From: the human T2T-CHM13v2.0 reference genome, Homo sapiens
Assembly (NCBI RefSeq): GCF_009914755.1
Contig: NC_060928.1
DNA length: 64,000 nucleotides
Reading direction: 5' to 3' (one strand)
Under the pieces are notes generated by a model that did no database searches, was not told the origin of the DNA, and saw nothing but the letters and a program-made list of their open reading frames with translations. The translations under genes were made by a program, and so were the position numbers. Each line of letters opens with the position of its first letter. Position 1 is the stretch's first letter. This document shows, in pieces, positions 53,213 to 64,000 of this stretch.

Positions 53213-53541
<329 letters not shown>

Positions 53542-53699
53542 AAAATCTTATTGAATTGGTCTGGATTGTTATCTAAGCAATGAGAATTTTATAATCTCCC
53601 CAGTTGACTATAACATATAGCGAAGTTTAAAAATCCCTGTTTCAGATGGTGTGTGTGTAGGTGGGAGGTGTAATAAATGTGGGGCCAAACTCTTAATAT

Positions 53700-54360
53700 A
53701 GTTAATTTGATAAGTAGTGCTCATTTTGTCTGTATAGAACATCTTTCCATGCCCACAAATGCACATCTCCCTCATAATTGTGATGCCTCTCAATTACTTT
53801 ACTATATGGATATACACTACAATTTCTATCCTAGTAGGCCACTGTTTTGAGATATTTACATTATATCCAATTTATTAAACTTGTAAAAATCCTTATGAAT
53901 ATTTTTATATGTACCTTCTTGTAAACTTGTCTGATTCCTTGTGAAAATATTCTAGAAATATAATTCCTGGCTTACAGAGTATGCATGTGTTCAAGGCTCT
54001 TGTTGCATCATCCAGCCAGAAGTAAATGAGATTGCCCATTTTCCTATAACTTCACCATTCTGGATATTATCTATTTTTCTCAAATATTTGCCTGAAGGTA
54101 GAAAAAAATATATAATTTGTGTATTTTATCAAGCTTTTACATTATGTCTTTGTCTTTGGTATCACGCTAAGAGAGGTATTTTCTGCCCATAGTTTATGTA
54201 AATAGTTTGCCATGTTTTGAAAGTTTTGTTTTCCTTGTATTTTATATTTAATATATCTATATTTTAGAGCAGGTATTAGAAACAAATCCCTAACTTTATT
54301 TCTCTCTGATGGCAAATCAGTTTTCCAAAATCAGTTACTTAATTGTCCTCAATTTACCAG
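53700..54360 (-). mobile_element. Ancient L1ME 3' fragments
   Basis: ttctagaaatataattcctgg; aatgagattgcccattttcc; cagttttccaaaatcagttact. Confidence 0.55.
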
Positions 54361-54369
54361 ACTCAGAAA

Positions 54370-54505
54370 ACTCATCTCCAAAGTGAGGAAATAATGGCGC
54401 CTACCTCACACAATTTCAGAGTGGACTAAATAGTTAAAGTATATTAAGCACTTACAATAGTACATGGCACACAATCAATATTTAGCATATTATTGCTATT
54501 ATTAT
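54370..54505 (+). mobile_element. MIR
   Basis: ctcatctccaaagtgaggaaataat..cctacctcaca...aagcacttacaatagtacatggcaca. Confidence 0.75.
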
Positions 54506-54664
54506 GATCATAATGATTATGGATCATATTTATTATATAACTTCAGTCTATTTCTTGATTTTGTGTTCTATGGCACTGGACACCTTGTTTAACCTTGTCT
54601 CAGTTTCTCATTGTTTCAGTGGGTATATTTTGACATGCGCATCTTTAATAATTAGAAATTCCTT

Positions 54665-55546
54665 TTGAGAAGTGTCTGTTCATGTCCTTTGCCCACTTTT
54701 TGATGGGGTTGTTTGTTTTTTTCTTGTAAATTTGTTTGAGTTCATTGTAGATTCTGGATATTAGCCAAAAAACACATGTAAAAATGCTCATCATCACTGG
54801 CCATCAGAGAAATGCAAATCAAAACCACTATGAGATATCATCTCACACCAGTTAGAATGGCAATCATTAAAAAGTCAGGAAACAACAGGTGCTGGAGAGG
54901 ATGTGGAGAAATAGGAACACTTTTACACTGTTGGTGGGACTGTAAACTAGTTCAACCATTGTGGAAGTCAGTGTGGCGATTCCTCAGGGATCTAGAACTA
55001 GAAATACCATTTGACCCAGCCATCCCATTACTGGGTATATACACAAATGACTATAAATCGTGCTGCTATAAAGACACATGCACACATATGTTTATTGTGG
55101 CATTATTCACAATAGCAAAGACTTGGAACCAACCCAAATGTCCAACAATGATAGACTGGATTAAGAAAATGTGGCACATATACACCATGGAATACTATGC
55201 AGCCATAAAAAATGATGAGTTCATGTCCTTTGTAGGGACATGGATGAAACTGGAAACCATCATTCTCAGTAAACTATCGCAAGAACAAAAAACCAAACAC
55301 CGCATATTCTCACTCATAGGTGGGAATTGAACAATGAGATCACATGGACACAGGAAGGGGAATATCACACTCTGGGGACTGTGGTGGGGTGGGGGGAGGG
55401 GGGAGGGATAGCATTGGGAGATATACCTAATGCTAGATGACGAGTTAGTGGGTGCAGCGCACCAGCATGGCACATGTATACATATGTAACTAACCTGCAC
55501 AATGTGCACATGTACCCTAAAACTTAAAGTATAATAAAAAAAAAAA
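54665..55546 (+). mobile_element. L1PA2-type, 5'-truncated with twin-priming inversion (54665-54766 antisense); TSD agaaattcctt
   Basis: TSD at 54654-54664 and 55547-55557; uninterrupted ORF2 C-terminus at 54812-55330; 3'UTR gatgacGAGttagt (not the ACA/ACG of L1HS). Confidence 0.95.
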
Positions 55547-56459
55547 AGAAATTCCTTATTTTGTCAAAATTATTCTGACATCTCACGTATTTATTTTATT
55601 GGAGAAACATAAACTCAATATTTTCAAATTCAAGAGAAAAAGTCATTCTGATTTTATTTGTGATTGGGTTAAATATATGAGTTAATTAGCCCAAGATTCA
55701 AAGTGTTTACAATTGTTTATTCTTTCTACTTACTGGCATGGTGTGCATTTACCAATTGTCAAGTCTCCTTTTATGTCCTCTGTAAATTCATGGAGTTTTC
55801 TTCAGAGAGGTCTTGCATATTCTTGCTCAGTTTATTGCTAGAAATTTTACATTTTTATTGGGTTGTCAAAGCATTAGTTTTTTCTCATTTTCTCAGTGCT
55901 TGTATTTAGTATACATGGGAGATAGTTTTGTATACTTATTTGTAAGTGACTTACTTCATTGAACTCCCTGTGTTGTTATAATTCAAGGACACTGTAACTC
56001 AAGGCTTCTAATTTTATCAAGAATGCTGTGTGTTGCAGCTAAATCTTCATTGAAAATTAGAATGGGATTGAGAGGGAATGACTGGGTGGAGAAACAAACA
56101 CTTCTCCTGTTTCACCTTTAGTATTAAAATGTATGCCATCACTTTTATTTGTAGCATGATACTCCAACTTTGACAGAGCCATATATTGAAGTTACTAATT
56201 ATGAAAGGTTTTAGGTGATAGCCTAGGGCCTCAGTGACTAGCAAAATATATTAAATAGGGCCTCAAATCACAAAATTAATAACTGTCATCCTTTTCCCAT
56301 AGTAGCTATAGATAAATTAATCCCTAAACTTTATTTTTACCAGTATATCTAAGAAGTAAGGAAGTTATTCTCAATGTGTAGTCCAGTGGATGCTTAAGGG
56401 ACCCAAGTTATTTTTAGGGAATCTGTAATATCAAACTTAATATTTAAAAAAAGAGTTTA

Positions 56460-57880
56460 TTTGATATTAGCAAAGATAGTAAAAAACTAATAGTGGGTAA
56501 AACTGCTAGTGCCTTAGCATAAATCCAGGCAGTGGTACCAAATCATCATTGTATTCTTTACCATCATGCACTTGCAGATAAAAAAAGAAAAAAGAGGATA
56601 GTTTTGCCTAAGAATGCTCCAATGAAGTACTAAAATTGCTAATGTTGTTAAATCTCAATCCTTGAGTATATATCTATTCTCAATATATATATATACACAT
56701 TCTCAATATATCTCAATATACCTCAATATATAGATATCTATATATTCTCAATATATAGATATATACCTTGAGTATATATCTAATCTCAATCCTTAAGTAT
56801 ATATCTATTCTGTTTTACAAAATGAAAAACACACATAAAGCATTCTGTAGGTTAATATGTTGGTTAACTCAAGAAAAAGCATTTGTGTGGTTATCTGATT
56901 AATAAGATGAACTAGTCACTTTTTTCATAAAGCACCTTTTTTATTTGAAAGAATAACTCCCAGTCTAATGGTTAAGACTTTGGTATCTGGCAGATATTTT
57001 CTGGAAATTGAACTTAGTGAGCCTGTCACTTCAAGGAAAATAACTGACAATATTTATTACCAGGGATGAAAACTGAGGCTTTAATTGGAAATTTAAATCA
57101 TAGAAAGCTTGAAGCTGCCACTATGACCTTGATAATTTCCCAGTATTTAAAGGCTCTCTGATGAGATTGGTGATAACAAATGTGATTTTTTTTTACAATT
57201 GCATAAGAAAGATATCTACATTTGGAATATCTACATAGCATAAGGAATCAATTTTCCAAATGGCAAATTCATAATATTATAACATTATATATGGGCAAAA
57301 GATCCATTTGAAATGTATAGCCAATGAAAGGATTTTAATGTAACAGAGCACTAAAATTCACTGATATAGTTTCAGATGTCACAATGCAGCTAATCTTTAT
57401 GAAACCACTGCTTGTCAAAGAAGAGTAGCCACAAATATCTGAAAAGTCTGTTAAAATATTCCTCTGTTTTTCAATGGCATATTACCTGTGTTAGACTAGA
57501 TTTCCTTTCATATACCTCAATCAAAGCAACATAGTCCAATAAGTTGAATGCATAAACAGCTCTGGGAATCCAGCTTTCTTCGTTCAAGTCAGCCTTTAAA
57601 GAGATTTGCAAAAACATAAAACAATGCCACTTTACTTACTAAAAGTAAATTTTTGTTGGGGAAAGTAGAGTTACTTTCATAAAAATATAATTTTTATATT
57701 AAGGTAAATGGGTTTGCTATAATTTTAAAGTTTATTAATATTTTAAATTTTCTCAATTATTTATAATTTGTTAAATAGCAATAGCTATAACTTCATAACA
57801 TAAGTTATTTGGGGCTTGGAGTTCTTAACAGTTTTTAAGAGTATAAGTTGGTTTGAGATGAAAAATTTGAGAAGAACTGG
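56460..57880. mobile_element. Charlie1-like hAT DNA transposon fragment
   Basis: tggtatctggcagatattttctggaaattgaac..agtgagcctgtcacttcaaggaaaa; end aaatttgagaagaactg. Confidence 0.8.
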
Positions 57881-58699
57881 TATAAGAAAAAACTAAGAAC
57901 TATCTAGCATCATGGTAGACTTGGCATAAAACATAATAAATAACTTTGATTCAACTTTTTATGAGTATAAGAATCTTAATGCCCATTCAGAAATTGAGAT
58001 TCCATTAATTCAAAGACAGTTGTAGTGTATCCGAGATGAGTTTTCTGATGAATTTTTGATTCATCATCCTTTTGGGAGTCCCCTGATTTCCATTAGTACT
58101 GGAAGAAACTATTTGTCTTGAGTACAATGTGATAAATATGGGTAAAGAGAGCCTGAGGAATGTGTAATATAGGGAGCCTTAGGATCTATTTGCATTTTTA
58201 ATACTTCTAATCATTGGTGGTGTTTATAAGAATACACTATTTAAAATAATGTTTCTTGAGATATGAGTCACGCCGCAAGAAACTTAGAAGGTTAAGGAGG
58301 GCTTTCAATCATGGATTCCCATAAATATCTACAGAGAGAACAGAGCACAAGTTCTCTGACTGAGAAAACATGAAATAATATTGTGTGCAGAGCCAGAGAC
58401 CACAAGAAAATGGCTTTTCCCCTGTGACTTAAAAAGAGGTAAACTTTATTACTAAGAAGATATTGGTCTGAGATAGCCTTAGGCATGCTCCATATTTAAA
58501 TCTTGCTTGTGTCACAATTTTCTTCTTTTATTCACTCCCCTTACAGTATCCATTTCTATTTTTACAAACATGTCTGCGTCTCTCATCCTATAATACTATC
58601 CATTTACCTGGTATACACTTATGACACTGTGTATGCTTCCTTATTTATCTGTTTTGAGGCTCTTGCAAGAGTTGTCTACTCAAGTTGCATCTAGTTTTT

Positions 58700-59372
58700 A
58701 CTATATGTTCATTCTTTAACATATTTCAACCTGGCTTCTACCCATACATTTTCACTGAAAATATAATAGTAAAGTTTATTCGTTATTTCCATGTGGTAGG
58801 TCCTCTTCTAAATCTATCTTATAGTGATATTTTACACAGTTGACTACTCCATTCTTGAAATACTTTCCTTATCTGGCTTCTATATCAGTATGGTTTGCTG
58901 GATCTTTTCAAATGTGTTTGGCTATTCCTGTAAGTCTTTAATGATTCTCTTTTATTACCCTTTTGTTCCTCTGTGAAGTAAGTCATCACTTGTCAATGGC
59001 TGAATTCTTGTTTTCCTCCCACAGATCTGCTAATTTCTTAGTCTTCTTTAACTCAGAATTCCACTGGTCAAGGCTCTGTCTTTCTCTCCACACCCAGTAC
59101 CTGAGCAAGTCTTTTAATTTCTACTACACACTATGCATGAAATCTCCAGAACTTTGCTGCCACTGCACTAGTATAATACATAACTTTGTTTGTTTGTCTG
59201 TCTTTACTAATTTACTAATTTCTAGGTTTTAACTCCTACCCACATCCAATTTATTTTTCACAGAGCAGCCAAAAAATAAATCATTTGAAAATGCAAATAT
59301 TATTAATTCACTTTCCTCATTACAACTTTTCAATAGACTCCTGTTACACTTATAATAAAATCTAACTTCTTG
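58700..59372 (-). mobile_element. L2
   Basis: ttttacacagttgactactccattcttgaaa; cacagagcagcca...tttgaaaatgcaaat. Confidence 0.75.
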
Positions 59373-59429
59373 GTCTGTCTGAATGGGGATTTATAAATTT
59401 TACTAATTTCTTTAAAGAACAATATTTGG

Positions 59430-61063
<1,634 letters not shown>

Positions 61064-61830
61064 AAAGAACAATATTTGGCTTAAATGATTCTGCTGTTTC
61101 TCTATTCTCAATTCTATTGACTGCTGCATTTGTTTTTATTATTTATTTCTTCATGTCTTGAATCTAATTTGCATTTCTTTTTCTACTTTCTTAAAGTAGA
61201 AGTTTAGATAATTAATTAGAGACTTTTTTATTGTAAGCCTTTAATTTCATAATTACCCTCTACACAGTGTTTAAGTTGCAGCCTACAAATTTTAGTAGGT
61301 TGTATTGTATTTTCACTTAATAAAAAATATTTTCTAGCCTTGCTTATGATGTTCTATTTGACCCAGGGAATACATAGAAGTACGTTGTTTAATTTCTAAA
61401 CATTTAGGGATTTTCAAGATATCTTTCTGCTATTGATGTTTAGTTTAATTCCAGTATGGTTAGAGTACATACTTTGCATCTCAATTCTTCTAAATGTGTT
61501 ATAGTTTGTTTTACAGCTCAAAATATTGTCTGGTTAACATGTAGCTTACATACAAGTGGAGAGACTGTATCTTCTACTGTTGCTGAGTAGAGTGTTCCAT
61601 AAATGTCAGTTGAATTTTCTAATAAATATAATGATTTTTTGCCTACTTATTTAATCAGTTATTAAGAAAGAAGTGTTTACATTTCCAAATACAATTATGG
61701 ATTTATCTATTTCTTCTCTCTGTTCTCTTTTATATGTTTTTTGCCTTATATATTTCAAAGCTATGCTCTTAGGTGCATTACCATTTAGGATTATTGTGTC
61801 TCCTTAGTGAATTGACCCATTTATCGTTAC

Positions 61831-61930
61831 ATAATGTCCTTTCTATTCTGCTAATAGTCTTTTTTGTGAAGTCCCCTTTATTATTATATAATGTCCTTTT
61901 TATTCTGCTAATAGTCTTTTTTGTGAAGTC
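61831..61930. repeat. Direct duplication with 57-bp period
   Basis: ataatgtccttt(c/t)tattctgctaatagtcttttttgtgaagtc at 61831 and 61888. Confidence 0.92.
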
Positions 61931-62466
61931 TATTTTTTCTGATATCGATATAGCCACTAGATTTTTTTTTATTAATGTTTACATGGGATTTTTTAAAAAT
62001 GATTTTTTTTCCAATTGAATTTAAAGTAGCCTACTTGTAGATAGTATCTACTTGGATCTCTGTCTTTTATTTGTGTTTAGGCCATTTATATTTAATGTAG
62101 TTATTGATATGGTTTTATTAAAATGTCCTAACTGTTTTCTGTTTTATGGTTTCTTTTTCCCATCTTTCTTTCTTCTTTTGGATTGATGAATTATCATTTT
62201 ATTTTTCTACTAATGACTTGTTATTTATACATTTTATTAAAAACAGCTCTTTCCCTAGGGTTTACAATATATATATTTAGTAAATTGAAGGTAAACCAGT
62301 AAACTATCACACAACAATAGAAAATTAATGTTTCACATTGTACTGTAAAGATCTTACACAATACATTCCCAATTCCTTTTCTACTCACAATATTGTTGTT
62401 ATATTCATTGCTAATACTTTTGTTTTAGACAGTAATAATCCACAGCAATTAAAATTAGCAACTGAG

Positions 62467-62733
62467 TTTTATTATACTTTAAGTTCTGGGGTACGTGTGC
62501 AGAACGTGCAGGTTTGTTACATAGGTATACACGTGCCATGGTGGTTTGCTGCACCCATCAACCTGTCATCAACTTTAGGTATTTCTCCTAATGCTATCCC
62601 TCCCCTAGCTCCCTCACCCCCAACAGGCCCCTGTGTGTGATGTTCCCCTCCCTGTGTCCATGTGTTCTCATTGTTCAACTCCAACTTATGAGTGAGAACA
62701 TGCGGTGTTTAGTTTTCTGTTTTTGTGTTAAGA
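62467..62733 (-). mobile_element. L1PA7/8-like 3'UTR-only insertion; TSD about aactga(g/a)ttttat
   Basis: attatactttaagttctggggtacgtgtgcagaacgtgcagg...gagaacatgcggtgttt. Confidence 0.92.
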
Positions 62734-62817
62734 AACTGAATTTTATATTTACATTAAGCTATGACCCGTCCAATGCCCCTCATTTATTTGAGTTGATGAA
62801 TATTGGGCCCTAATATC

Positions 62818-63480
62818 TGTATTAGTTTTCTATTGCTGTGTGACAGGTAATCAGAAATTTGTGACTTAAAACTGCACTCTTTTTTTGTGGTGGGGGAACT
62901 AGTTACAGGTGATGATTTTACAATCTTTTGAATGTACTGAATGCCACTACGTTATATAATTTAAAATAGTTAATTTTATGTTACAAGAATACCTCAAGAA
63001 AATACCATCTATTGGAGCTATTGGGGCTATAACTGAGTTTTTTATTCTGTTAGGAACTGATTAGAGTCTGTTAAGCTGGAGATGATAAAAATGAATATGA
63101 AAACAAAACAAAAACCACCCATTTGTTATCTCATATTTCCTGTGAATAGAAGTCCAAGTACAGTATGGCTCAGTTCCCTGTTCAGAATCATGAAGCTAGA
63201 ATCAAGTTGTTGGCCTGGATTGCAATTTTATCTGAGACTCTGGGTTCCATTTCATACTCATTTGGTTTGTTAAAGGAATGCAATTTTTTATGATTGTAAG
63301 ACTAAGGTTCTCACTTTCTTGCTGTCTGTTAACTGGGGGCCATTCTCAGAGCATAAAAACACCTGTTATTTCCTGCACTAACGTGAAAACTTAAATGGCA
63401 GTTTCCTCCTTCAAGGCCGATGTGAAAATCTGTTTTACTTCAGGATATTGGGGCCATCTTGGGATTCTGCATACCACTCT
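62818..63480 (-). mobile_element. MLT1E/F-like LTR interrupted by a roughly 240-bp insert that includes an L1M 3'-end piece
   Basis: tgtattagttttctattgctgtgtgac...gacttaaaac, resuming aaaccacccatttgttatctca at about 63112. Confidence 0.65.
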
Positions 63481-64000
63481 ATGTTTACCCACAGTGCACT
63501 AAAGCTTTCACATTTCTCTAGTACTATCTTGTGCTTGAGCCTGGGATTTATTTGGCAGAGTCTCCTTTCAGTGTCTGTTCCATCTATAGCTTCAAGTCTT
63601 TCCCTTCATTTGTCCTTCTTCAGAGTATGTCTCTCTTAATTTTCTACACCTTCTTCCAGCAGTGAATTGCTATTATTTATAGCTCAAAACTTACTAACCT
63701 GCTAGCAGAGGGGAGGGGAGTGATTCTCTATTGTTGGGGCTCAGCCTCTAACTTAGGTAAGTGCTGTGTCCCTGGGTTCTGGATTTGGTGCCTTTTCAGT
63801 GCCCTTGTCCATACCTCTAATTGTCTAGGCCATAAATGTATTTCCGGCACTTCTCTAAGAATAGAATATTTTTTCTTTTCTTTTTCCCCAGCTGGAATGG
63901 GTCTTTACCCTTGTCCTAAAAGTGATATGATTGGTTTCCCTAACCCTACTAGGTTAAAGCTTTGGTTTCATAGGGAAGATAGGGGCCTAGATGCTGCTGT
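63480..64000 (-). mobile_element. Probable old L1M 5'-region fragment
   Basis: tgctagcagaggggaggggagtgattctcta...ctgtgtccctggg; weak similarity. Confidence 0.45.

Noticed and set aside
54812-55330. 172-aa ORF, plus similar ORFs at 124-878, 50042-51166 and 59362-60788
   Set aside because: LINE-1 ORF2 remnants inside truncated elements, not host genes.

Overview
This is AT-rich, CpG-depleted, repeat-dense primate DNA, most likely human or great ape because it carries an L1PA2-type insertion and AluS/AluJ elements. I found no credible protein-coding exon, RNA gene, CpG island or CRISPR array. The longer ORFs derive from L1 ORF2 remnants, Alus or a purine-only tract. The window is a layered record of transposons: L1 of many ages (two with 5' twin-priming inversions and exact TSDs), seven dimeric Alus plus a FAM monomer, MIR/L2, MaLR LTRs including an LTR-internal-LTR provirus, MLT2 and MER11 LTRs, and DNA transposons (MER5, MER63, MER94, MER104, Charlie1, Ricksha). 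Structure not explained by the repeats: two short dispersed local duplications (about 214 bp and 153 bp, one interrupting the MaLR), a perfect 23-bp inverted repeat, a 707-bp purine-only tract with a 150-bp higher-order duplication, several slippage or template-switch scars, a consensus-matching DUX4 motif in an MLT2A LTR, and three repeat-free candidate regulatory segments. I do not see evidence for a new multi-gene system. Subfamily names come from remembered consensus sequences and need RepeatMasker/Dfam confirmation. Boundaries of old elements are approximate.
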